This document shows, one piece after another, positions 1 to 9,149 of a stretch of 64,000 nucleotides of DNA (its first letter is position 1; every line of letters begins with the position of its first letter). The notes below the pieces were generated by a model. The model made no database searches. It was not told the origin of the DNA and saw nothing but the letters and a program-made list of their open reading frames with translations. Source of the stretch: a virus; IMG/VR virus record IMGVR_UViG_3300031251_000007, positions 1 through 64,000 of that record; one strand, given 5' to 3'. Position numbers and translations under genes: made by a program.

Positions 1-542
1 AGCGCCTCCCGCGTCGGCTGGGGTGCGAGATTGTTTAGGGCAGCAACATAGATCGGTCGCGCGCTCGTTCCTGCGCTAACTTCCTTCGCCTCGGCGGTGG
101 GCTGGGCGGCGAGGGCTCGCTGGCCTTGTTCGAGAAGCGCATTCAGCGCCTCTCCGTCTCTATCGTCTTCATGCCTGAAGACCGAGAAATCGAACTCGAC
201 CAGCGCTTGCAGCGCTCCCCGCAGCGCCAATGCTTCGGTACGGTCTTCTTGCAGGTCGGCGACCGCATCGCGCAGCTTGTCGACGAGCGACCGCGCCGCG
301 TGCTCGTCTGACTCGCACCAGTCGTTGACCGGCGCGAAGGCTTCCCGCAGCGCCTCCGCTTCCGCCTGGTGCTGCGCGGCGGCGTGACGGTATCCAGCAA
401 CGAACAGCGACCACAGCGCGCCCTCCCGATGCTCCTCGCGCGCAACCCACTTGAGGTCGTTTGCATATTCGTCAGTGGCCTTGTGCTTGTTCCACGCGAC
501 CATCATCGGGTGATCCGCAGGTAACGGAGACATGACGGTCAT
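1..542 (-). CDS. hypothetical phage protein, runs off the left window edge
   Basis: Manually translated frame from ATG at 542 (MTVMSPLPADHPMMVAWNKHK...) is open to position 1; the start overlaps the stop of the 539 ORF. It is absent from the ORF track because there is no stop in the window. Confidence 0.6.
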   Translation of the reverse strand, partial: MTVMSPLPADHPMMVAWNKHKATDEYANDLKWVAREEHREGALWSLFVAGYRHAAAQHQAEAEALREAFAPVNDWCESDEHAARSLVDKLRDAVADLQEDRTEALALRGALQALVEFDFSVFRHEDDRDGEALNALLEQGQRALAAQPTAEAKEVSAGTSARPIYVAALNNLAPQPTREA

Positions 543-844
543 AGTTCGGCCCCCTGCTGTTGCGAGGCGCGCGCCGCCTCAACTACTTCGGCAACCTCAG
601 CGCAGAGGCCGTCTTCAGCGCAGCCACTACACAGCGCCACGTGGCAAAGTGCCTCGCGGTATTGCTCCGCGCGCTGCCGCTCGGCCTGGAGGGCGATCTT
701 GCCGTCAGCGATCCCCAACCACAGGTGCAATTCCCGTAATGCGCGTTCTCGTACGTCGCCGGTTTCTGCTGCGTAGCCCTCCAGCACCCTGACGCGGACG
801 CGCTCAAGGTCCGTCAACACCGCCAGCTGCTCTGGGGTCAGCAT
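539..844 (-). CDS. hypothetical protein with C-terminal Cys cluster
   Basis: MLTPEQLAVLTDLERVR...LCHVALCSGCAEDGLC; part of a chain of overlapping minus-strand ORFs. Confidence 0.5.
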   Translation of the reverse strand: MLTPEQLAVLTDLERVRVRVLEGYAAETGDVRERALRELHLWLGIADGKIALQAERQRAEQYREALCHVALCSGCAEDGLCAEVAEVVEAARASQQQGAEL

Positions 845-1189
845 GGGGAGGCTCACGACGCACCTCCGATCAGCAGGCAGCCGAACAGCACGCCGAGTCC
901 GGCTACCAGGCTGCATCCGAAGCGTGTCGGCATCGTAGGCGCTGCGAACGACATCAAGGCCGCAACCGCTGCGACGGCGAATTCAAAGGCTGATCCTGTG
1001 TTCACGACGCACCTCGCACGATGGCGCGCGCGGCGTTCAGGCAAGAGAGCGCTCGCTGAAACAGTGGCTCAGCCTTCGCGAACCGCCGAAGCCGGCAGAG
1101 ATATGCGCCCATGAACGCGTTTGGGTCGGCGCTCTCGATGAGGCTGTGCACCTCCGCGCACTCCGCCTCGGTGAGAAACGGGCGGGGCG

Positions 1190-1702
1190 TCATCGGGAAG
1201 ACTCCTGCGCGGCGACAACTTCCCGCCGGCACTCCCACAGGCAGCGCTCGACGCCGCCGTTGCCGACCTCGTCGCGCAAATGTTTCAGCTTGACGCTCGA
1301 CTCGGCCCAACCTGCTCGCGGCGGGATGACGCGCACCAGCACAAACCCAGCTGCGCGAAGCGACGCGCCAGACTCGCCCTTCTGCGTATAGGTGATGACT
1401 CGCTCGTAGCCCATCGCGAAGGCCGCACGGCGGGCAGCGCCGTACAGCATCGAGTTCGCGTTGCGTGCGCCGTCGGTGCACGTGCGGTTGATCTCCAGCG
1501 TTGCGCCATCGTCGAGCGCGCGGGCGATCGGCCGACCCGACATCGCGACGCCGACGAGCCGCCCATGCGCCAGGACGCCGACCGAAAACTTGTGCCCGCG
1601 CGGTGGCTTGTTGTGGCGGTGTAGCTCCCTCACGAACGCGCATGCCGCCTTGAACGTCACCGGCACGATGCGCAGGCCCGGCGTGACTATCCGAGTGCTC
1701 AT
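1190..1702 (-). CDS. XF1762-family (GNAT-like) phage protein
   Basis: LRIVPVTFKAACAFVRELHRHNKPPRGHKFSVGV...GRPIARALDDGATLEINRTCTDGARNANSMLYGAARRAAFAMGY.RVITYTQ..ESGASLRAAG matches the family as recalled; start re-assigned to MSTRIV, which overlaps the upstream stop. Confidence 0.75.
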   Translation of the reverse strand: MSTRIVTPGLRIVPVTFKAACAFVRELHRHNKPPRGHKFSVGVLAHGRLVGVAMSGRPIARALDDGATLEINRTCTDGARNANSMLYGAARRAAFAMGYERVITYTQKGESGASLRAAGFVLVRVIPPRAGWAESSVKLKHLRDEVGNGGVERCLWECRREVVAAQESSR

Positions 1703-2040
1703 CGCAACTCCTCCCTCGCCACGAAGGCGTCGCACTCGTCGGAGGGGCCGAGGGGCGGCTGTGGCCACCGGGTGACGAACTCCCAGGTCGCGCCATGGCC
1801 AAGCCGGTCAACGAAGTCGTTGACAAACTGCGGCGCATTGCGCCGGCACTCGCCCGTGGCGGCGCGGTAGGCTCGACACAGCCCGCACCGCCGCTTGACA
1901 CCTTGCTCCACCACCGCTTCCTGCATCACCTCAGCCACGACCGCCTCCAACCGCCTCTGACCCCACCCACCTAGGGTGGTTTCTATTTTTCGCTCCAAAT
2001 GGAGCATTGGTCTTGCGAGCGCCCAGCGCTCGTGATTCAA
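1699..2040 (-). CDS. hypothetical protein (Cys-containing)
   Basis: CGLCRAY...GECRRNAP...ECDAF motif typical of small phage proteins; start uncertain. Confidence 0.45.
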   Translation of the reverse strand: MNHERWALARPMLHLERKIETTLGGWGQRRLEAVVAEVMQEAVVEQGVKRRCGLCRAYRAATGECRRNAPQFVNDFVDRLGHGATWEFVTRWPQPPLGPSDECDAFVAREELR

Positions 2041-2171
2041 TAGTTCTCATCTGGTTCTTTCTGCTGCGTTGACGCGCAGCGGTTCTGCACTCGAAGGCCG
2101 GGGTTGGCGCCCTGGCCTTTCGTGCGAAAAGAGGGCGCGCTACACGGCGCCCGACCTCCGCGACCTCATCG

Positions 2172-2909
2172 TTAGAACCGCTGGTCGCGTTCCATGCGAC
2201 GCAGACATTCTTCCGGCGTCTCGTCAGGCCACAGATCCTGACCGCAGCCGGTGCAGCCGCCTTTCCAGCTGCCCGTTTTCTCGCCGACCTCAGCGTTGAA
2301 TCTCACCTCGATCGATGTGCAGATCCGCCGCAGGAACGGCAGGCATTTGCGGCGCCAGATGCGGCGCTCGACGTGCACGGTCGCCTGCCGCTCTTGCACC
2401 TCGCCGCTGCGCAGCACGTAGCGATAGGGAAACGTCTTCGAGACAGCAGCGACCCGCGTTTGGTGCCTCTCCCAACTGCCCTTCTCGCCGATCCGGTAGA
2501 AGCGCTCGCCGTCGGCGCGCTCAACGGCGACGACGTTGCGGTCGAAGTCGAGTAGCTCGGTCGATCGCCAGTCGAAGTTCCACGGATACCACCAGACCCA
2601 ACTGCGACGCTCGGCGCGCGTGCCCTCCGTGGGGCCCCAGTGTAAGTGGAGCGCGTCTTCGTGAAACGAGAAGCCGTAGTCGAGCCACTCATCTCCCCAG
2701 TTGAGGCGACGGAGCGGAACGAACACCTTGACGAACACCGCGAAGATATAGAGGCATGGCCGGTCGCCGTACGCATGCACGCCGAGCCCGAAGCCAGGAG
2801 AAAGAGCGACCTCGCCCCAGCTGAAGCGCAGTGACTCCACCTTGCCACGTCGATAGTCGACCCACTGGAACCGCGACCACGACTTGATCGCAGCAACCAC
2901 GGTACTCAC
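2172..2909 (-). CDS. hypothetical phage protein
   Basis: 245-aa Trp-rich ORF ending ...EVGEKTGSWKGGCTGCG..., coupled to the upstream ORF. Confidence 0.65.
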   Translation of the reverse strand: MSTVVAAIKSWSRFQWVDYRRGKVESLRFSWGEVALSPGFGLGVHAYGDRPCLYIFAVFVKVFVPLRRLNWGDEWLDYGFSFHEDALHLHWGPTEGTRAERRSWVWWYPWNFDWRSTELLDFDRNVVAVERADGERFYRIGEKGSWERHQTRVAAVSKTFPYRYVLRSGEVQERQATVHVERRIWRRKCLPFLRRICTSIEVRFNAEVGEKTGSWKGGCTGCGQDLWPDETPEECLRRMERDQRF

Positions 2910-3099
2910 CGCCGCCCCCTGCGCGTGGCCGTGCGGGGCTCAACCGCTGCGGTGGCATGAGCGACCTCGACGCCACCGATTGTGCGCAGGTAGCCCAGCT
3001 CGCTCGTGGTGCTGAGGTCGGCAAACCGCGTAGCCGTCAAGCGATGCAGCGGCTCAACGCAATCCCGCAACTCCAAAGTTAGCAAAACGGTGCGGGGCT

Positions 3100-3453
3100 T
3101 CATCGTTCCACCAGCCCCGCCAATGCATGCACGACGCCGCGGAACAGCACGTCCTTCGCCTGCTGCTCGGCCGGCAAGTGATCGAACGGCACGATGCACG
3201 GATGCTGCTTCAGCGCCTCGTCTTTGATCCGGCCGTAGATCCAACCCATGCGCGCCTTCTCTTCCAGCCAGTTGTCATGGCTGGACGATGCGGTCGCGTC
3301 GGGATTGTTGAGGTGGAACACGACGCCGCTGATGGCGCTGTCGCGCTGCCAGGTTGGCGCGTCGTCCCACGGCTTCTGTGACGTGTCGCCCAGCCCCAAG
3401 CACAGCGCTCGGTTGGCTTCATGGGCGACACGGGCCACGTCGATAATCAGCAT
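3100..3453 (-). CDS. RyR-domain phage protein
   Basis: SHDNWLEEKARMGWIYGRIKDEALKQHPCIVPFDHLPAEQQAKD is the RyR repeat signature; RBS GAGGAGAGG. Confidence 0.85.
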   Translation of the reverse strand: MLIIDVARVAHEANRALCLGLGDTSQKPWDDAPTWQRDSAISGVVFHLNNPDATASSSHDNWLEEKARMGWIYGRIKDEALKQHPCIVPFDHLPAEQQAKDVLFRGVVHALAGLVER

Positions 3454-3463
3454 CCTCTCCTCC

Positions 3464-4456
3464 TCATCCTGCGGCGCTCACGGGCGCCGGGTCGTTGGGC
3501 GGCAGCACCAACCCTTCAGGCCGGTAGCCGTTGCGCACCCACGCGTCCCACGGCACACGCTTGTCGTAGGCGCCCGTGATCCAGCGCTGAAAGCCGACGA
3601 GTTCGCGCGTCCGCTCGAATGGCATCGGATACGGAACGGCGCCGAAATCACGCAGGCGCCGCCGCCGATATTCTCGGTCGACCGCAGTCTCGCCCGGCCA
3701 GTAGCCGACGAGCACGTAGACCATGATGTTGCGCGGGCTCACGCCGTGCGCGACGAGCCGTTCAAGGCCAGCGAATAGCCGCGCTTCGTCCTTGCGATTG
3801 TCCCACGCTGCATAGATCCGGCGCTCGCGCATCGACAGGCTGCGGTAGTCGACCGACGCAATCGCCGCCGCTTCCTCGTCGCCGATCGCGCGAACGTTAA
3901 TGCCTTGGCAGAAGCTGACGCGGAATTTGCCGGCGCGCAGCTCGTCGATGCGATCGCGCCATCGCGGCTGCCCGAAGAAATCGTTATCGAGCAGCACGAT
4001 GTCGCGCGGCCACGGATCGCCGCGCCAAATCTCGGCAATGGTCGCGGCTTCGCTGACAGCGCCCTCTTTGCGCGGCACCACGCAGAACGGACACTTTTGC
4101 CGGCAACCGCGCTGCGTGAATCCGATCGACGAGGTGAAGGCTGGAAAATCCGCGTAGTCGACCGCCCAACCGTCAACGCCGATCTGCTCCAGTGTCGTTT
4201 CGTTCCCACTCCCAGTGCCCCCGACGATGGCGCCGGGAAACTGGTGGCGTACCGCGTCGACGAGATTGCGGCTCTTGGCGAAGATCGCCGACGCGTAGAC
4301 GCGGTCCGGGCGGAACATCAGCTCCGGCGAAATGTCGCGCGCATGCGCCCAACGCCGCAGCTCGACATGATCGCCAAGCGCACGATGGTGCGCGGCGATC
4401 CGCATAAGCGCGAAGTTCGGCAGCGCGCCGTCGAGTTGGGCGAGGAGAATGTTCAC
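3464..4456 (-). CDS. radical SAM protein
   Basis: CxxxCxxC motif in FTQRGCRQKCPFCVVPRKEG; LLDNDFF; N-terminal PNFALMRIAAHH typical of the phage radical SAM family. Confidence 0.85.
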   Translation of the reverse strand: MNILLAQLDGALPNFALMRIAAHHRALGDHVELRRWAHARDISPELMFRPDRVYASAIFAKSRNLVDAVRHQFPGAIVGGTGSGNETTLEQIGVDGWAVDYADFPAFTSSIGFTQRGCRQKCPFCVVPRKEGAVSEAATIAEIWRGDPWPRDIVLLDNDFFGQPRWRDRIDELRAGKFRVSFCQGINVRAIGDEEAAAIASVDYRSLSMRERRIYAAWDNRKDEARLFAGLERLVAHGVSPRNIMVYVLVGYWPGETAVDREYRRRRLRDFGAVPYPMPFERTRELVGFQRWITGAYDKRVPWDAWVRNGYRPEGLVLPPNDPAPVSAAG

Positions 4457-5148
4457 GCACTCCTCCGCTCATCCACAGCATCATCGTCGCAGTAGAATCT
4501 GGCTCTGACGCCATCATGCTTCGCCACGATCGGTCCGAGCTTTCCCTTGCGCGCCAAGCCCACCAACGCCCGCGCGCTCTCGACCGTGCGGTAGTGCGTC
4601 ACCTGCGCAGCAAGGATCTCTTCGAGCGTGCAGCGGGGATGCTCACGCACGTACGCAATCAGCTGCTGCACGTCGCTGCGGAACACGGTGAAGTAGCTGC
4701 TGTCTGCATTCCCCGGCAGCGCCCAGAATTTGTGCTCTTCGCGGAGATGCTGCCCGAGCTCGCCCAGCTCCGTGCGCAAGAGTGGTGCCGGCACGGGCTC
4801 GGCGATGCCGCTCCTGCCGACGACGATCCACCCGAGCTTCAAACCTTCCAGTATCTCGCGCTTGATCGCTTCGTCCTCGCTGCGGCCGAGCGGCGGTGTG
4901 GCAACAGCGACCCAGTTCGCGTACGGGCGCCACTTCGCTGCCTGCAGCATCACGTCTAAGCCGAGGTGCATCTTGCACTCGACGACGAGGATGGATTGCG
5001 CGAGTTCCGGCGTGGCGACGATGTCGGGGCGCTTGCCGCCCTGCTCCATCTGGACCTCGCCGTAGACCTCGTATTTCTGGCGTCGCAGGTGTTGGGCGAC
5101 TTCAGAGGCGAGGGATTGTTCGTGGGCGGAGCGAACGCGGCGGGTCAT
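4453..5148 (-). CDS. PD-(D/E)XK nuclease-fold protein
   Basis: YGEV...RPDIVA...VVECK...MLQA motif arrangement. Confidence 0.55.
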   Translation of the reverse strand: MTRRVRSAHEQSLASEVAQHLRRQKYEVYGEVQMEQGGKRPDIVATPELAQSILVVECKMHLGLDVMLQAAKWRPYANWVAVATPPLGRSEDEAIKREILEGLKLGWIVVGRSGIAEPVPAPLLRTELGELGQHLREEHKFWALPGNADSSYFTVFRSDVQQLIAYVREHPRCTLEEILAAQVTHYRTVESARALVGLARKGKLGPIVAKHDGVRARFYCDDDAVDERRSA

Positions 5149-6203
5149 GCGGTGGCCTCCGCGACCAACGGCGGGTCATTGCGCAGCATCTCCAGCTGCC
5201 GCAGTGACCCGCGGCCGTTGGCGATCGCGTCCTCAATGTTGCGCAGCGCCTGGCTGTAGTACGACGGCTTCAACTCCACGCCGATCGCGCGCCGGTCGTT
5301 GCACAGCGCCGCCCAGACCTCAGAGCCCACGCCCATGAACGGCGTCAGCATAGTCTCGCCCGGATTCGACCACAGGGTCAGGAGGCGCTCGACGACATCG
5401 AGCTGTAGGGGGTGCAGGTGCTTCTCGTCCTCCGGATCGCGCGCCACCTTGTACTTCAGCACCCGATCGATACGGACATCGTCCCAGAAGGCGGATGCGT
5501 ACTGCCGCCAGATCCAGTGCGAATAGCGATTCTCGATCTGGTTGCCCTCAAAGCCGCGGTAGCGGAGCAGCTCGGCCGGGATCTGCCGCGCGCCGGCGTA
5601 TTCGAGTAGGCCATGCGGATGCGCGATCGGAATCGGGTTCTTGCCGTGCCGACGGAAGACCAGCACCTGATCGGCGGCCGCGTTGCTGCAGCGCGATGAG
5701 TCATCGACGATGGTCCGGTGCGCGAGGTTCTTCGCCATCGTCCGGTTGCGTACGCCGAGCGGCTCCTTCCAAACGTGGTACCGCGCGACGAGTTCGAACC
5801 AGCCGTGCCCACACTCGCCGTTGGCACGCTTGAGCGGCGCCGCCTTGCAGCTCGACTTGCGGCAGTGCGCGTGCAGCTTGATCACATCGCCGGGGAAGTC
5901 GATCAGGTGATCGGTGCCGGTGTTGCCCGACGGCACGTCCATGCAGTGCACGGCGGTCATCCGCCCCGGGATGGTGACGCGCTCCACCTCGCGCACGATG
6001 TGGTCGTAGTGTTCGAAGAATTTGTCGTAGGACGGCGCGTTCGACAGGTCGCGGTCCGATGACGAGTAGTGGAACAGGCCGACAAACGGCGGCGAGTAGA
6101 TCGACAGATGTATCGACTCGTCGTGCAGCGCCGAGAGGACCTCGCAGGAATCGCCGAGGTACACGGCGAAACGGTCGCTGATCTCTTGCGCGCCTACGCC
6201 CAT
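5145..6203 (-). CDS. DNA methyltransferase, N4-C/N6-A class
   Basis: GDSCEVL, SIYSPPF catalytic motif, HPLQLDVVERL, TPFMGVGSE SAM-binding motif, GVELKPSY. Confidence 0.9.
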   Translation of the reverse strand: MGVGAQEISDRFAVYLGDSCEVLSALHDESIHLSIYSPPFVGLFHYSSSDRDLSNAPSYDKFFEHYDHIVREVERVTIPGRMTAVHCMDVPSGNTGTDHLIDFPGDVIKLHAHCRKSSCKAAPLKRANGECGHGWFELVARYHVWKEPLGVRNRTMAKNLAHRTIVDDSSRCSNAAADQVLVFRRHGKNPIPIAHPHGLLEYAGARQIPAELLRYRGFEGNQIENRYSHWIWRQYASAFWDDVRIDRVLKYKVARDPEDEKHLHPLQLDVVERLLTLWSNPGETMLTPFMGVGSEVWAALCNDRRAIGVELKPSYYSQALRNIEDAIANGRGSLRQLEMLRNDPPLVAEATA

Positions 6204-7564
6204 GCCGGCACCTGTTCGACTTCAGGAAAGCTGCGTCGGTGATCGATGGCCGCGGCGCCACGCATGTGGCGCACCAGAGCGGCGAACATCTCGTCTGCGG
6301 CCGCCGCTTTGCGCCGCAGGTTCGCCATCACATTGCGGTCGCCTTCGGTACCAATGAGGTCGACCGTGACCGGGCGCGTCTGTCCGAAGCGCCAGCAGCG
6401 CCGGACTGCCTGATAGTACCGTTCGTAACTGTGGTCGGGGAAATAGGTGAGGTGCGCGCAGTGCTGCCAGTTGAGCCCGAAGCACCCGATCGGTGGCTTG
6501 GTGATCAGGCGGTCTATCTGCCCTCGCGCAAACGCGCTGAAGGCCTCTTCCTTCTCCTCATCGCTGTCGGTGCCGCTCACCTGCTTCGCGCCCGGAATGA
6601 GCTTCTCGAGCAGATCGGCCTCGGCGTTGAGGTGGCACCAGATGACCGAGCTGTCGTGGCCAGCCAGGCGCTCGGCCACCGCTTCGCAACGCTCGCGCAG
6701 CGTGCGCCGGCGCTCCTCACGTTGCTCCTGCAGGCCGACGGCCGCCATCGGGAAGAGCTGACCTGGCGCAAGCGTGCGCGATTCGATCAGCACTTCGTTC
6801 TCGATCAGTGCCGGCAGCGCAAAGCGCGCGTCGTCGAAGCCGAGGTCGGACGGTCGCCGCGCGGCGCGCGCCCACGAGGCGACCCAGCGCCAGAATGGCT
6901 CCTGCGCATGGCCCTTGAAACGGAACTTCTCGCCAGGCGCCGACCGTGCGAATTTCACGCCGTCCTGCGTCGGCCGGAAGAAGCGCGAGAGCATGTCGGT
7001 ATGGCCTAGGTAGCCGAGGGCCTCCGAGGACGTGCCGAGCTCCACGTAGTCGTTCGGCGCCGCCGTGGCGGTCGCGAGCAGCCGGAATGGGATCGTGCGC
7101 GCGAACTCCGTCACGGTCGCGCGGCGCTTGCCCTCGAAGTGCTTGATGGCGCTCGACTCGTCGCCGACGAACCCGCCGTAATCCCTCGGATCGAAGAGGT
7201 GCAGCCGCTCGTAATTGGTGACCGTGATGTTGGGACGCGGCTTGCCGTCGGAGGAGCGGTGCGCCTCGATGCCGAACTTCTCTGCCTCGGCGACGATCTG
7301 CGGACTGACCGCGAGCGCCGTGGCCAGCAGCACCGGCTTGTTGGTCTCACGTACGACGTTGTCGGCCCAGACAAGCTCGATCGGCGTCTTGCCCATGCCG
7401 CAGTCGGCGAAGATGCCGGCGCGACCGCGCGCGGCGCCGAATTCGAGCAGTGCGGACTGGAAATCGAACAGGAAGTCCGGCCGCCAGCGGAGCGGAAAGC
7501 CGGTGCAGTCGGCGTTCTGCGCTTTCGCCGCCAGGAACGCGCGATATTCTTCGAGCCGCGTCAC
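6194..7564 (-). CDS. SNF2/DEAD-like helicase coupled to the methyltransferase
   Basis: ADCGMGKT (Walker A), GDESS (Walker B), TATAAPND, QAVRRCWRFGQ. Confidence 0.88.
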   Translation of the reverse strand: MTRLEEYRAFLAAKAQNADCTGFPLRWRPDFLFDFQSALLEFGAARGRAGIFADCGMGKTPIELVWADNVVRETNKPVLLATALAVSPQIVAEAEKFGIEAHRSSDGKPRPNITVTNYERLHLFDPRDYGGFVGDESSAIKHFEGKRRATVTEFARTIPFRLLATATAAPNDYVELGTSSEALGYLGHTDMLSRFFRPTQDGVKFARSAPGEKFRFKGHAQEPFWRWVASWARAARRPSDLGFDDARFALPALIENEVLIESRTLAPGQLFPMAAVGLQEQREERRRTLRERCEAVAERLAGHDSSVIWCHLNAEADLLEKLIPGAKQVSGTDSDEEKEEAFSAFARGQIDRLITKPPIGCFGLNWQHCAHLTYFPDHSYERYYQAVRRCWRFGQTRPVTVDLIGTEGDRNVMANLRRKAAAADEMFAALVRHMRGAAAIDHRRSFPEVEQVPAWA

Positions 7565-7772
7565 TTCCCACCTCGCCCCGCACCCGAGCGCCGACCCGAA
7601 AGCCGACGCCCGGCCGTGCGAAAGGAGGTGAGATCCCGAGCTACTTCATGGTGCGCCTCCTGTGCTGTGGACTGCTCGAATAGGGAGACAGCCGAGCGTC
7701 CGTGGAGACGCCCGGCTGTCGTGGAACGGCTACGCGGGGGGGAGCCGGCAGCCGTCAGAGAACGTCCGGCGC

Positions 7773-7994
7773 TCAGCTCTCGGCGGGCGTGAAGTCGAGG
7801 TAGTACGACTTGCCCGGCTGCAAGAATCCTTGCGCCGCGGGATTGCTGATCGTGATCGTCAGCTCGCCGTTCGGCGACGCCTTGTTGAAGCGCTGGTTTT
7901 CCTCCAGCTCGTCGGCCATCACAGCGCGCAGCTTGGCCTGCTCCTGGCCGCCTTCCCAGGTGGTGATCGACTCGACCTTGAACTTCGCTCGCAT
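7773..7994 (-). CDS. small conserved phage protein
   Basis: MRAKFKV...EENQRFNKASPNGELTITISNPAA..FLQPGKSYYLDFT; RBS GGAGGAG. Confidence 0.75.
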   Translation of the reverse strand: MRAKFKVESITTWEGGQEQAKLRAVMADELEENQRFNKASPNGELTITISNPAAQGFLQPGKSYYLDFTPAES

Positions 7995-8039
7995 GGTGCT
8001 CCTCCAGTGTGGCGGCGAGATTGCCGCAGAGTGCCGTGC

Positions 8040-8342
8040 TCATGAGTCGCTCCGCTCGCGACCGCGCCAGTCGTCACCGCCCCAGGCCTCGTGCTTGGCG
8101 CGCGCCGATCGAGACTGCGGATGCGTCCGCTGAACGGTGACCTCTCGCACCTCAAGCTTCTTCTTCAGGCCGTCGAGCGTGGCGCCAGTCTTGTAGGCAA
8201 CGATCCGACTGTCGACGCGTTGCCCGTCGCGGAAGATTCCCTTGCGCCAGCCGAGCGCGCCGCACGCGCAGGAGTAACGCAGGCTCTCCGAGTCGGAGAT
8301 TTCCGGCTCGTGAGTCCAGGTGTGCTGGCGACCGTGCGTCAT
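8040..8342 (-). CDS. hypothetical protein
   Basis: Translationally coupled ORF with YSCACG motif. Confidence 0.5.
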   Translation of the reverse strand: MTHGRQHTWTHEPEISDSESLRYSCACGALGWRKGIFRDGQRVDSRIVAYKTGATLDGLKKKLEVREVTVQRTHPQSRSARAKHEAWGGDDWRGRERSDS

Positions 8343-8665
8343 GCGGCCTCCGACGCACCGGCAACGAACGTTCCGTCAGCGCAGTGCAGGTGAGAATGCC
8401 GAGGATCTGGGCAGGCGAGAACTTCCGGAGGAATCTGCTTCAGGCGCCAGCCCGTACGCTCGAGTGTCAGGCGCCCGTCGGTGAGCGTGTAGCTGGTGAA
8501 GGGGCAAGGATCGGTCCAGCTGCCGTGCAGCTTCAGCATGGTGATGGAGAACGTGCCGCCGTACTTGGCCCGAGAGGACGCGTGCAACACGACGCGCAGC
8601 ACGCCGCTGTTGCGCATGCGGACGACGTCGCCGGTGCGCAGCGAGAGGAACTCCGCGTGCGTCAC
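8339..8665 (-). CDS. hypothetical protein
   Basis: GTG start with RBS GAGGTG; coupled to the 8342 ORF. Confidence 0.55.
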   Translation of the reverse strand: MTHAEFLSLRTGDVVRMRNSGVLRVVLHASSRAKYGGTFSITMLKLHGSWTDPCPFTSYTLTDGRLTLERTGWRLKQIPPEVLACPDPRHSHLHCADGTFVAGASEAA

Positions 8666-9039
8666 GCCACACCTCGATCAAGAGAGGGGGCGGCGACGGA
8701 TCGGTGTTGAGCTTGGGCAGCCCGACCCGCCGCCGGAATGCCGCCGGGGGATCGCCGGACGGCAAGGATGATGGATTCAGACGGCGCGCCAGCCGCAGAA
8801 ATGCTGGCGCGCCGCCGTACCGCCCTCGAGCAAGCAAGCTGCACCTGCTCCTGCCGCCACCGGCGGCGTCGCGTATGCCCTCCGACCTGGTCGCGGGTAC
8901 TGGTACGCGCGGCGACCAGACCGTGCTCGCGTACCCCATGCCTTGTCGGGCTGACCGAAGTCAGCGAAGGGCTCTGTGGATTCTGGATAACTTCCGCTAC
9001 TGGTCCCGGAACCACTTTCGCCACCCGATTTAGGGTGGT

Positions 9040-9068
9040 TTGCCCCCGATTCGCACTCGGGCTATAGG
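9040..9068 (+). promoter_or_regulatory. putative sigma70 promoter upstream of the attP tRNA half
   Basis: TTGCCC-17 bp-TATAGG, about 25 bp before the tRNA 5' end. Confidence 0.45.
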
Positions 9069-9092
9069 ACGCAAGCCCTCGTAAACCCTTGC

Positions 9093-9136
9093 GCGCCCGT
9101 AGCTCAGTTGGACTAGAGCGTCTGGCTTCGAACCAG
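9093..9136 (+). mobile_element. attP-like site: 5' half of tRNA-Arg(TCG)
   Basis: GCGCCCGTAGCTCAGTTGGACTAGAGCGTCTGGCTTCGAACCAG = acceptor 5' strand, D arm and anticodon arm (CT-TCG-AA), with no T arm; it ends 13 bp from the integrase stop. Confidence 0.8.
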
Positions 9137-9149
9137 TAGTGAGCGTTAT

